A DNA stretch of 64,000 bases from a virus (Duplodnaviria > Caudoviricetes): IMG/VR virus record IMGVR_UViG_3300046804_003398. One strand, written 5' to 3'. Below the pieces are notes generated by a model. The model saw only the letters and a program-made list of their open reading frames with translations, was not told the origin of the DNA and made no database searches. The position numbers and the translations under genes were made by a program. How positions within the stretch are numbered: position 1 is the stretch's first letter; each line of letters starts with the position of its first letter. This document shows, in pieces, positions 29,285 through 38,413 of this stretch.

Positions 29285-30244
29285 TTACTTAGATATGACC
29301 TTTATGATCTTGGCAATACAAGCCATGAACGTAATCTCTTTATCAATAACCAATGCATTTTGGTATAGACTTTCTGAGATATCTACAATCACACTAATTG
29401 TATGACCATTATCATACTCAATAGCCTTGTTATATAACTCAGAATACAGTTCGTCAAAATGTTTGATACCTGCATCATTGATCAACTGTCTAATCTCAGT
29501 AAATGCCTTCTTGTTGGTCTTGGCAGTCTTAAGAATAGAAATCATCTTGTTCTTTACATCCGCATTGGCAGACTGTAACTTGACCAACTCCAATTTTCCA
29601 CTGGTAGAACTCTGTTGAACAACATTGACGATCTTACGAATATCTGGATAATACTCTTTGACCACAGTTGCCACAGTTGGCATTTCAAATGTGATATTCT
29701 CCTTTGTAAGGATCTTCACGATATACATCGCAACATCCTTCATCGTAGGAGGTTCCAACTTGAACACTTGAGTCCTACTGAACAACGGTTCAATGATCTT
29801 ATCAATATAGTTACAAGTAAGAATAAATCGAGTCGTCTTACTGTAGGTCTCCATCAAGTTACGAAGTGATGCCTGAGAGTTTGTAGACATATAGTCAGAC
29901 TCGTCCAGAATCACAATCTTAAGATCGTTGAAACCCATCGTTGATGCGAACGGTTTGATCTTATCACGAACAAAGTCAACACCAGTATTATCTGATGCGT
30001 TGACATACATCACATCACACGGAATATTCTTGGTAATAATCTTTGCAAGTGTGGTCTTACCAGTTCCTGCATTACCATGAAACAACAAATGTCCAGGCAC
30101 ATTCTTCTTGGTGATATAATCAGTGATGATCGATCTGACTCGTTCATCACAAATATAGTCTTCCAAAGTGTCTGGACGATACTTTTCAGCCCAAACACCA
30201 TGGTCAGAAACTTGAGGTTGTTCTGTTTCAGTAAAGAAACTCAT
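29285..30244 (-). CDS. gp44: clamp loader large subunit (T4 gp44/RFC-like)
   Basis: WAEKYRP, GNAGTGKTT, NASD, ILDESD, RFILTCNY. Confidence 0.95.
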   Translation of the reverse strand: MSFFTETEQPQVSDHGVWAEKYRPDTLEDYICDERVRSIITDYITKKNVPGHLLFHGNAGTGKTTLAKIITKNIPCDVMYVNASDNTGVDFVRDKIKPFASTMGFNDLKIVILDESDYMSTNSQASLRNLMETYSKTTRFILTCNYIDKIIEPLFSRTQVFKLEPPTMKDVAMYIVKILTKENITFEMPTVATVVKEYYPDIRKIVNVVQQSSTSGKLELVKLQSANADVKNKMISILKTAKTNKKAFTEIRQLINDAGIKHFDELYSELYNKAIEYDNGHTISVIVDISESLYQNALVIDKEITFMACIAKIIKVISK

Positions 30245-30252
30245 AATTTATA

Positions 30253-30990
30253 TTAGTCGATATTCTTGAATTCGATCAGGAAGTAATTGCTATTAAACAT
30301 TGCATTATCAAATTCAACGTTCGCAATACCTGCATCACTGATCTTCAATACAGCATTATCACAGTCTGTATTGGATGTCAAGATCTCCTTCAAATACTTC
30401 GCACTGAAATGAAGAGTCTTTCCAATCTTGTCCTTACCTGCAACCGGCTTGACCTCAATATTGATACGATTACTGTTTACATTACTGAATCCAAGGGTCA
30501 TCTTGATCTTACCCTTCTTGTCTGTGGTCAAAGTGAAAATATCAACATCACTCAACGCACTCTTTGCCTTGACAAATGTGGTCACAAACTCCTTGGTCAA
30601 CGGAATTTCCAAGTTGAACGGAGGCAACTTCTTGAGTTCAGCCGCTTTTGGAATCACACTCAAATCGGCCGTAACATACTGAACATCGGTTTCGGCACTT
30701 GCCAACACCAAAGATGTAACCTTATCGTTGGTCTTTGTTGGAGAAATAGTCAACTCATCAGCCAAGACAGTCAACATCTTCTTCAACTTAGCTGTGTCAT
30801 TAACACCAATCTCCATGTCTTCCAATCCATCATTTGTCTTGATAGTGACAAATCCCAACACGTTCTTGTCATCGCTAATTGCAGATGTCTTGATGTTTGT
30901 ATCTTTTGCGTTTACTACCCACTTTACCGACTCAATAGTTCCGTTAAGTGAATACTTGTCAATGAATGTATTTAATGTTTCTTTCTTCAT
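30253..30990 (-). CDS. gp45: sliding clamp (T4 gp45-like)
   Basis: 245 aa, adjacent to the clamp loader; AKSAL, FSAKYLKEIL, C-terminal YFL pattern. Confidence 0.8.
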   Translation of the reverse strand: MKKETLNTFIDKYSLNGTIESVKWVVNAKDTNIKTSAISDDKNVLGFVTIKTNDGLEDMEIGVNDTAKLKKMLTVLADELTISPTKTNDKVTSLVLASAETDVQYVTADLSVIPKAAELKKLPPFNLEIPLTKEFVTTFVKAKSALSDVDIFTLTTDKKGKIKMTLGFSNVNSNRINIEVKPVAGKDKIGKTLHFSAKYLKEILTSNTDCDNAVLKISDAGIANVEFDNAMFNSNYFLIEFKNID

Positions 30991-30998
30991 ACTTGTTT

Positions 30999-31027
30999 AT
31001 GCTACTATGTTGTTTTGTTACTGTCAA
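30999..31027 (-). promoter_or_regulatory. sigma70-type promoter for clamp/clamp loader
   Basis: TTGACA-17-TAGCAT. Confidence 0.6.
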
Positions 31028-31440
31028 ACCGTTTCAAAAAATTCTTCTGGGATAATACTAACATTAGTCTTTTCTTTAATACACCGACTATGTGTATCGT
31101 TATCCATAAAGAAAAGATCTGTTGGAGATATGTAAAAGTGATTGATCAAATAATCAGCATATGCTACACTTCTCATTTGATAATACACCTTCACATTGTT
31201 TTGTAGTGTTCTAAACTCTATGTAATAGACTTTTGGATCACTTAATCTGTATAACTGAGACTTGGGTATATACAATTCGTGGTCGCATATCTGATTCTTA
31301 GTAAATTCAACATACGGTCCACGTTGTCCTATTACAACACGTTGATATTGTGTTGCAATAGGTGTGTTTGATATACAGTCAAATAAAGGTAACTTGGTTC
31401 CCTCTAAGGGGATATTCAATAGTTTTTCGTAGGAACTCAT
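31024..31440 (-). CDS. conserved phage hypothetical protein
   Basis: RVVIGQRGPYVEF, KVYYQ...YADY....YISP. Confidence 0.7.
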   Translation of the reverse strand: MSSYEKLLNIPLEGTKLPLFDCISNTPIATQYQRVVIGQRGPYVEFTKNQICDHELYIPKSQLYRLSDPKVYYIEFRTLQNNVKVYYQMRSVAYADYLINHFYISPTDLFFMDNDTHSRCIKEKTNVSIIPEEFFETV

Positions 31441-31446
31441 TGATCA

Positions 31447-31475
31447 ATACTATCAAGTGATTGACAAAATATCAA
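31447..31475 (-). promoter_or_regulatory. sigma70-type promoter, -10 only 6 nt from the ATG (leaderless-type)
   Basis: TTGATA-17-TAGTAT-6 nt-ATG. Confidence 0.5.
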
Positions 31476-31488
31476 CCTATAAGAAGTA

Positions 31489-34146
31489 TCAGAAACTAAA
31501 GAACTCACCAAGCTTTTTATCAGTCTGATTTGGATAATCCCAATTCAGAATGTTATAGAAATCCAAAAGTTTACCTTTCAACTCTTGTTCATACATTGCA
31601 TTTCTATCAACATACTGATTGACAAAATCCATAATGCGATCTGGATCAGTTCCGTCTGCTTTCAAAGCAATACAGTCAGAACCATACTCGTTATTCTTCA
31701 AATATACCCACTTGATCTTTTGACCATGGAAAATCGGAGGAACAATCTTATCCAATTCCCAATGTTGCAACAGATCGTTGTAAAACAAAGCAGCCTTTGC
31801 CTGTGCAGTGGTTCCTTTGATATATTTGAACTTACTGCGAGTCTTCGGATTATAATCAGTCTTGGTTTCACCACCACTCTTAAATTTGACACTGGTATTC
31901 TTTGCAATTTCAATAACAGATGATTCTACCAAATTGGTTTCCAAGAACTTCAAGATATTTTGATCAATGATTTCTTTATCAGTCTTACGAAGAATATCAT
32001 CCAAGAATTGTTGCATGAACTTACGAAACTGAATTGGGAATGATGTTCTAACAACGTCAATACCCTTCACTTCCATTTCATCACACACGATACCACCCTT
32101 GTTGATGATAAACTGTGCATATCGTTTCTTAGCCAACCAAAAACCAGTCTTTGCAATAACTTCTTGTTTTGCATCAAACCGATGTTTTTCGATGTTAAAG
32201 AATCGAACTGCCATCATATCATAAAACTTATTGACAAACGACTGAACTTCGTCAGTCACCTTCAAGATTGCATCCGTCATTTGTTTTTCATCGTTCTGAT
32301 CAATCTCAGGCATGTTTTTCTGGATGATAGGCAACGCACTTGCGAAACAAGAATCAGTGTCGGTATAAATCACCCAATCACCTTCGGTTTCGTTCAATGT
32401 CTTCTTGAAATATTCATTGATTGCCTTACCAGTGGTCTTGATAATATCTTGACCAGTGATAGTCACGGCACTTGCATTATCCTTATCATAGAATCTAAAG
32501 ATAGGAAGACCCAAAACACCATAGATTGAGTTGAGTAGAACCTTTTGAACCTTCTGTCTCTGTTCATAAAATTCATACATAGACTCATCACCTTGTTCGT
32601 GATACTTCTTAGCCATCTTACGCATGTCTTTACGTTCATCGAACCACTTGACCAGAATCTCTGGAATAACACCGGCAGTCTCTTTGTAATAAAGAACACC
32701 GTTACTCGCAACACTCAACTTGGATTCTGCAATCAATTTCTTGAACTGTTCATTTGTGTAAGCGTTTCCACCAATATGATAAGTGGAAATTCTGTTCTGT
32801 GTGAACATCTTGGCACTGTAGTAATACAGTCTTTGTTCAATATATTGTTCCAACGAAGTTTCTTTCTGTGTGCTGTCACTCAGATTGTTGTAATCATCGG
32901 TCAATTCTGCACGACGTTCATCGACGAACTTTTCATCAAATTCGATTCGGTCAATAACACCTATCTTGGTTTCAGGACTGATGTTAAGACTGATGATGAT
33001 ATTCGGATACATCGATGTAAGGTCCAAGTCAAAAACCCAATCATAACGACCAGGCTTAGGAGCCTTAACATATGCACCCTCAAATCCTTCTTCATTTTCA
33101 TCTAAACGTTGTTCATATTCTTCCCTACCTTCAATAGGTTTATTCTTGGCAACTTGTCCCTTTCTGCGAAGATACATAAGAATTGCACCTTCGATGAATC
33201 GTGAACTCATTTGATAACAATCATATGGAACGTGACCCTTGTGACAAATAGCCCTAGCCAACTCAATAAACTGAAGTTTCTTCTCCAATGCGACAATAAT
33301 CTGAACGTCATTCAAGTTGTATTCGATATACTTCTTGATATCAGACTTATACAAATCATCAAGACTTCCTTTGTAGGTAATCTTTTCCATACCCACAACC
33401 TTCTTACCAATCGCATTAAGTGCGTAACTTGGCTCTTTCTTGATGTTCAACTTTTCATACAAACGCATATAGTCCAAGTGAGTCACACCAGCGATTACGA
33501 GTTTCTTACTCCAATCGTTGATATAAGTCACACCAATCGGACTCATACGTTTTGCTTGTGAAGCACCAATAATGTTCTTCATTCGACGATACAAGTAAGG
33601 CATGTCGAAATCATTACTGTTCCAACCAGTCACAATAGTTGGTTGAATTTCTTCCCACTTGGTAACAAAGTGAGCCAACAAACTTTCCTCCGTGGTAAAA
33701 CTCACAACCTCAACATTATCTTTGGAAAATGTCTCAAGTTTACCTTCTCTATCAAGAATGAAAGCAGTATACTTTTCGGTCAGACCATCACAGATTGCGA
33801 TCGCTGTAATTTCCTTGTCTGCTTCATCAACGTTTGGAAATCCACCTTCGGTGCTGACCTCAATGTCCAGATACAACACACGATGTCCTTCTGAAAGATC
33901 ATCACTATCTTCGTATGCGTCGATCAAGATTCTGGTTTCAATCGGAACGTCCGACTCAAACAACGATGGATCTCTGGGATTAAAACTATAAACCTTCTCA
34001 AGTTCATCACCAAAAATACTCTTATACTTTCCGTTGGGACGTTTACGATACGCATACGGTCTGAACACGAAGTTCGTGTAACCTTTTTTGTCATCCCAAA
34101 GATGACACGTATTTGTCTTTTTGTCGAAATAGATGTTTTGATACAT
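31489..34146 (-). CDS. gp43: family B DNA polymerase (T4 gp43-like)
   Basis: ExoI LDIEV, ExoII GWNSNDFD, ExoIII YNLND; DLTSMYP; KVLLNSIYG; YTDTDS; KKRY. Confidence 0.97.
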   Translation of the reverse strand: MYQNIYFDKKTNTCHLWDDKKGYTNFVFRPYAYRKRPNGKYKSIFGDELEKVYSFNPRDPSLFESDVPIETRILIDAYEDSDDLSEGHRVLYLDIEVSTEGGFPNVDEADKEITAIAICDGLTEKYTAFILDREGKLETFSKDNVEVVSFTTEESLLAHFVTKWEEIQPTIVTGWNSNDFDMPYLYRRMKNIIGASQAKRMSPIGVTYINDWSKKLVIAGVTHLDYMRLYEKLNIKKEPSYALNAIGKKVVGMEKITYKGSLDDLYKSDIKKYIEYNLNDVQIIVALEKKLQFIELARAICHKGHVPYDCYQMSSRFIEGAILMYLRRKGQVAKNKPIEGREEYEQRLDENEEGFEGAYVKAPKPGRYDWVFDLDLTSMYPNIIISLNISPETKIGVIDRIEFDEKFVDERRAELTDDYNNLSDSTQKETSLEQYIEQRLYYYSAKMFTQNRISTYHIGGNAYTNEQFKKLIAESKLSVASNGVLYYKETAGVIPEILVKWFDERKDMRKMAKKYHEQGDESMYEFYEQRQKVQKVLLNSIYGVLGLPIFRFYDKDNASAVTITGQDIIKTTGKAINEYFKKTLNETEGDWVIYTDTDSCFASALPIIQKNMPEIDQNDEKQMTDAILKVTDEVQSFVNKFYDMMAVRFFNIEKHRFDAKQEVIAKTGFWLAKKRYAQFIINKGGIVCDEMEVKGIDVVRTSFPIQFRKFMQQFLDDILRKTDKEIIDQNILKFLETNLVESSVIEIAKNTSVKFKSGGETKTDYNPKTRSKFKYIKGTTAQAKAALFYNDLLQHWELDKIVPPIFHGQKIKWVYLKNNEYGSDCIALKADGTDPDRIMDFVNQYVDRNAMYEQELKGKLLDFYNILNWDYPNQTDKKLGEFFSF

Positions 34147-34157
34147 AACCTATGTTC

Positions 34158-34388
34158 TTATGGTAGTCGCAACTTGTCCATAAGTCCATCGAAAACTTGC
34201 AGCTTCTCTGGCTTGATCATGAGTCTGCAATTTGTTAACCTGTTCATCAATGTTCTATGGTTAATACTTGTGAATAAAGATGGTTCAAGGTCAACTCCCG
34301 CTAATACGGGTGGGTTGACCTTGTTCACACAATACCACAATATTGATAATTCGTCTTCGTTGAGACTGTGTAACTGTTGTAGTGTCAT
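34158..34388 (-). CDS. hypothetical protein
   Basis: 76-aa ORF sharing a TAATG junction with the upstream gene. Confidence 0.6.
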   Translation of the reverse strand: MTLQQLHSLNEDELSILWYCVNKVNPPVLAGVDLEPSLFTSINHRTLMNRLTNCRLMIKPEKLQVFDGLMDKLRLP

Positions 34389-35125
34389 TATTTCAGTTTA
34401 AAACCAAAAATGTTAGAACCATAATTTACAAACAAAACATTATCCAATTTGGACTGCAATGTCTTTAATTCAGCTGTATGAACTTCTTTTTCTACATCTT
34501 CTACTTCTTTGATACTGAAGCTGTTGCCTGTGGTCTTTACGCTAGCTTCTCTTGGACTCAAAGATGCTTGTGGAGTTATTACCAAGAAGTCACCCTCCTT
34601 CAAATCCTTCTTTTTCTTGCTGCTCTTTGCATCTAGCACCACAGCCTTACCTTCTACAACATATACTTGCGTAAATTTTTCTCCAGACTTAACAAAAAGT
34701 TTTGCCTTGTCGAAAATAACAAGTGCCATCGAAGTTCCGATAGTCACCGATTTGTCTGATTCGCTGATGATATACAATTCTCCTTGAGTAGAGAAGTTGA
34801 GAGAATGATCCTTGATTTTCACCACTTCAGGTAGCGAAAAATTGTTTACATACTCAGTCTGAGTTGCATTGAAATAAGCTGCTGAGTTTTCCTTTTGATA
34901 CACAGAAACCCTATATGGCAGGGCGTATGACGCAGTTCCGTTTGTTCCAATTGTTACTGATAAGTTATTGGTCAAAGTATAGGTCTTACCATTTGTTGTA
35001 GGCAATACGTTCAGTTTATTTGCAACAACCTCACCCAATTCAACTTTATCTGTAGAATCATATAGATAAAGATCGTTTGCTAATAACGAGACTCCAGTTA
35101 GTAATAATGTTAGTAATTTCTTCAT
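34388..35125 (-). CDS. secreted FecR-like beta-domain protein
   Basis: Signal peptide MKKLLTLLLTGVSLLA; SVTIGT, TQVYVVEGKAVV, LKEGD resemble FecR. Confidence 0.55.
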   Translation of the reverse strand: MKKLLTLLLTGVSLLANDLYLYDSTDKVELGEVVANKLNVLPTTNGKTYTLTNNLSVTIGTNGTASYALPYRVSVYQKENSAAYFNATQTEYVNNFSLPEVVKIKDHSLNFSTQGELYIISESDKSVTIGTSMALVIFDKAKLFVKSGEKFTQVYVVEGKAVVLDAKSSKKKKDLKEGDFLVITPQASLSPREASVKTTGNSFSIKEVEDVEKEVHTAELKTLQSKLDNVLFVNYGSNIFGFKLK

Positions 35126-35149
35126 ACGTTAATAAATAGTTGTTATAAA

Positions 35150-35177
35150 TTGACAGTTCAAGGTTATAGTGTATCAT
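35150..35177 (+). promoter_or_regulatory. sigma70-type promoter for the Cas4-like/GT operon
   Basis: TTGACA-16-TATCAT, 6 nt before the ATG at 35184. Confidence 0.6.
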
Positions 35178-36068
35178 GTCATTATGTCTGTTCAAGAAAT
35201 AAAAAAGAATCGTGTTAGTTTCAGCCAATATTCGACATTTTTGAAGTGTCCACACAAGTGGTATTTGGATTATGTCAAGAATCTTCGTGTGCGTGATGAT
35301 AGTATTCACACCACATTTGGAACTGCAATTCACCATGTGTTTCAAACATATTTGGATACACTGTATAAGAAGAGTGTGACCGAAGCTGATTCATTGAACC
35401 TCAATAAAATCTTCATTGACAAGTTTACTGAAGAAGTCAAGAAGTTAAAGCCTGAAGATTACAACGAAGAAGAGTTCACTGACTTTTGTTTTGATGGACA
35501 AGACATTATCTCTACATTCTGTAAGACTGCCAATAGACTCAAGTATTTTCCCGCAAAAGACTATGAACTGATTGGTATTGAAATTCCTTTGGAGATGCCA
35601 CTCAAAAACAACGTTGAATTCGTTGGGTTTATTGACATTGTTCTTAAAGAAGTAAACAAGGAAAAGTATCGTATTATTGACTTCAAAACTTCTGGTCAAG
35701 GTTGGAACAAGTATCAAAAAGAAGACGAAAGCAAATATGCGCAACTTCACCTATACAAGAGTGTTTACAGTAAGAAGTTCAATGTTCCTTTGGACTCTAT
35801 TGATGTCGAATTCTTCATTGTAAAGCGTAAGTTGTTAGAAAACGTTAGCTTCCCACAAAGCAGAATTCAAGTATTTATTCCTCCTCATGGATCAAACCAT
35901 ATCAAGGAATCAATCAATAACTTCATTGAATTCTTGGATCATGGATTCAAACCAGATGGATCTTATAATGAGGATAGTCAATATCCCAAGATTCCAGGCA
36001 ATGGTAAAAAGAACTGCAAGTATTGTATCCACTACAAGAAAACTTGCGACGGTAAAGCCACAAAATAA
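35169..36068 (+). CDS. PD-(D/E)XK Cas4/RecB-like nuclease with Fe-S staple; likely start 35184
   Basis: CPHKW...CKYCIHYKKTC four cysteines; FGTAIH, GFID, IDFKT, QLHLY. Confidence 0.85.
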   Translation: MYHVIMSVQEIKKNRVSFSQYSTFLKCPHKWYLDYVKNLRVRDDSIHTTFGTAIHHVFQTYLDTLYKKSVTEADSLNLNKIFIDKFTEEVKKLKPEDYNEEEFTDFCFDGQDIISTFCKTANRLKYFPAKDYELIGIEIPLEMPLKNNVEFVGFIDIVLKEVNKEKYRIIDFKTSGQGWNKYQKEDESKYAQLHLYKSVYSKKFNVPLDSIDVEFFIVKRKLLENVSFPQSRIQVFIPPHGSNHIKESINNFIEFLDHGFKPDGSYNEDSQYPKIPGNGKKNCKYCIHYKKTCDGKATK

Positions 36069-36096
36069 AATATAAGATCCGCCAGCATATTTACAT

Positions 36097-36339
36097 ATGT
36101 ATATATGTGAATATGTTATGGATCAATTTGTTACTACAGTAAAACTTGATAATGAGTTATATACTCAGTTCAAGGAAATCAATGTGCGAGCACGTATATC
36201 TTTTCAGGACTTTGTAAACAAGTGTCTTGAGAAATATGTTGAAGACGATGATTTTAGAAATGAAATCAGCGAGAGTGTTGTGCAGCAGTTGAGTTATAAT
36301 AAACCGTTTCAACTCTCAAATCCCAAAAGCAAACAATGA
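36097..36339 (+). CDS. ribbon-helix-helix-type DNA-binding protein; start may be 36118
   Basis: TTVKLDNELYTQFK...ISFQDFVNKCLEKY strand-helix-helix pattern. Confidence 0.6.
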   Translation: MYICEYVMDQFVTTVKLDNELYTQFKEINVRARISFQDFVNKCLEKYVEDDDFRNEISESVVQQLSYNKPFQLSNPKSKQ

Positions 36340-36881
36340 AAAAGAAAAAGATACTATTATTAAGTGATGATCTTCGAATGCATAGTGGTGTGGCAACTAT
36401 GAGTCGAGAACTGGTATTAGGAACATTACACCATTATGACTGGGTTCAGATCGCTGGTGCAATCAAACATCCAGAAGCCGGTAAGGTTGTGGATATGTGT
36501 GATGCTTCCAATAAATTGACGGGTCTAAAGGACTCTTATTTGAAGTTATATCCAGCCGATGGTTATGGTAATGAAGAAACACTGTTTGGTGTGATTGGTG
36601 CTGAGAAGCCTGATGCTATCCTACACTTTACAGATCCTCGTTATTGGGCTTGGTTGTATCTAATTGAGAATCAAATAAGAAGCAAGATTCCTTTAACATA
36701 TCTGGACATTTGGGATGATCTACCATATCCTATGTGGAATAGACCGTTCTATAAGAGTTGTGATGCTTTGTTTGCTATTAGTAAACAGACCGACAATCTA
36801 AACAAGTGGGTATTGGGACCAGAGTATTGCACCAGTATCTATGGAGACTTTGACAAGGAAGGAAAAATTGTATGCCAGTAA
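36336..36881 (+). CDS. GT4 glycosyltransferase, N-terminal half
   Basis: ILLLSDD..MHSGVA, HFTDPRYW, IWDDLPYP, AISKQT; no C-terminal donor-binding domain. Confidence 0.75.
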   Translation: MKKKKILLLSDDLRMHSGVATMSRELVLGTLHHYDWVQIAGAIKHPEAGKVVDMCDASNKLTGLKDSYLKLYPADGYGNEETLFGVIGAEKPDAILHFTDPRYWAWLYLIENQIRSKIPLTYLDIWDDLPYPMWNRPFYKSCDALFAISKQTDNLNKWVLGPEYCTSIYGDFDKEGKIVCQ

Positions 36882-37840
36882 AAGGAAAACATTTATTACA
36901 TTACGTTCCACACGGAATCGACTCAAAGGTGTTTAATACACTTCCCAAGAACAATGGCTTGGTCAACAAACTAAAAAAGGAGTTATTGGGTGACACCAAT
37001 TACAAGTTCGTGATTGGGTTCAACAGTAGAAACACTCATAGAAAGCATCCCGCCAACCTAATTTTGGCATTCAAGAACTTCTGTGATCATTTGACTCCAG
37101 AACAAGCAAAAGAATGTGCTTTGTTGATGCATACGGACAAAACGTGTGATCAAGGAACCAACCTATTGTCAGTTATTGATGCAGTATGTCCAGACTATAC
37201 TGTGGTCATCGATGAAAATCGTAGAACTCCAGAAGAAATGGTCGCATTTTACAACATTTGTGATGTGGTTGCCAATGTGAGTTCCAATGAAGGATTTGGA
37301 TTAAGTATTGCTGAAGCAATCATGTGTGGAACTCCAGTTATTGCAACTGTGACTGGTGGTCTACAAGATCAATTGGGACTAGTGGATGATGATGGAAATC
37401 CATACGAGTTTAACTTAGAGTTTGGCACCAACGTCACTGGTAAATACAAGAAGCATGGTGTTTGGTCAAAGCCATTGTGGACCAAGGTTCAAACACTACA
37501 AGGTAGTCCTCCTACACCATACATCATGGATGACTTTGTGGATTACAAGGATATTTCTGAGGCTATCATGTATTGGTATTTGGTTGGTCCAGAAAAGAGA
37601 GAGTCATACGGTGCTGAAGGTAGACGTTGGGCACTGAACGAAGGTGGTATTAATTCTAAGAACATGTGTGATCAGTTCATTAAAGCAATGGATTTCACTA
37701 TTGATAACTTTACACCACCTAAGAAGTTTGGTATATTCCGTTATAGTGAAGAGTTCAACACGGATAATTTGCCACAAGACAAACTTGGATTTGATATGCA
37801 CAAGATCGATGTTGAAGCCATCAAGAAGGAAATTCAATGA
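36872..37840 (+). CDS. GT4 glycosyltransferase, C-terminal half
   Basis: YVPHGID, NSRN..RK, NEGFGLSIAEAIMCGTPVI; SD-like AAGGAAGGA upstream. Confidence 0.8.
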   Translation: MPVKGKHLLHYVPHGIDSKVFNTLPKNNGLVNKLKKELLGDTNYKFVIGFNSRNTHRKHPANLILAFKNFCDHLTPEQAKECALLMHTDKTCDQGTNLLSVIDAVCPDYTVVIDENRRTPEEMVAFYNICDVVANVSSNEGFGLSIAEAIMCGTPVIATVTGGLQDQLGLVDDDGNPYEFNLEFGTNVTGKYKKHGVWSKPLWTKVQTLQGSPPTPYIMDDFVDYKDISEAIMYWYLVGPEKRESYGAEGRRWALNEGGINSKNMCDQFIKAMDFTIDNFTPPKKFGIFRYSEEFNTDNLPQDKLGFDMHKIDVEAIKKEIQ

Positions 37841-38412
37841 ATGTTAAAAAATTATCTGATAAAGCGGTAATTCCTAGTAAGGGAAGTGTTGGTGCGGCTG
37901 GTTATGATTTGTATACAACCGAATCATATGAGCTTAAACCAGGCGAACGTAAAGCATTTAAGACTGATATTGCATTGGCTATACCAGACGGATTCTATGG
38001 TCGAGTAGCACCACGTAGCGGACTTGCTGTTAAACACGGTATTGATGTTCTTGCCGGTGTTATTGATAGTGACTATCGTGGAGAAATTCTAGTTGCACTA
38101 ATCAACCTCGGTGAAAAACCAGTTCAACTACCTATTGTAAAAGACGGTAAAGAAACCGCAATTGCTCAAATTATTTTTGAACGATGTGGAACTATTACCG
38201 GTGGATTTGTTGAAGTCGATGATCTCACTGCTACGCAACGTGGATCTGGTGGATTTGGTAGTAGTGACAACAAACGTGAAACAATTGACCAAGCATCCAA
38301 ACAAATGTCAAAGATGGAAGAACTATACAACAAGTTGGGAGGCATTCCAACACCAGCAAGAAAGTATAGTGAACTAGTCAACGAAAGAGAACAACAACAA
38401 TTCAATAAATAA
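37837..38412 (+). CDS. dut: trimeric dUTPase with C-terminal extension
   Basis: AGYDL, PRSGLA, GVIDSDYRGE, IAQ, RGSGGFGSS. Confidence 0.95.
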   Translation: MNVKKLSDKAVIPSKGSVGAAGYDLYTTESYELKPGERKAFKTDIALAIPDGFYGRVAPRSGLAVKHGIDVLAGVIDSDYRGEILVALINLGEKPVQLPIVKDGKETAIAQIIFERCGTITGGFVEVDDLTATQRGSGGFGSSDNKRETIDQASKQMSKMEELYNKLGGIPTPARKYSELVNEREQQQFNK

Positions 38413-38413
38413 T

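Noticed and set aside
32349-32369. PolB motif C reads YTDTDS rather than YGDTDS
   Set aside because: The catalytic DTD is intact; variation at this position is known among phage PolBs
35169-36068. Cas4-like gene as a sign of a CRISPR system
   Set aside because: No repeat-spacer array and no cas1/cas2 in the window; solo Cas4-like nucleases are common in phages
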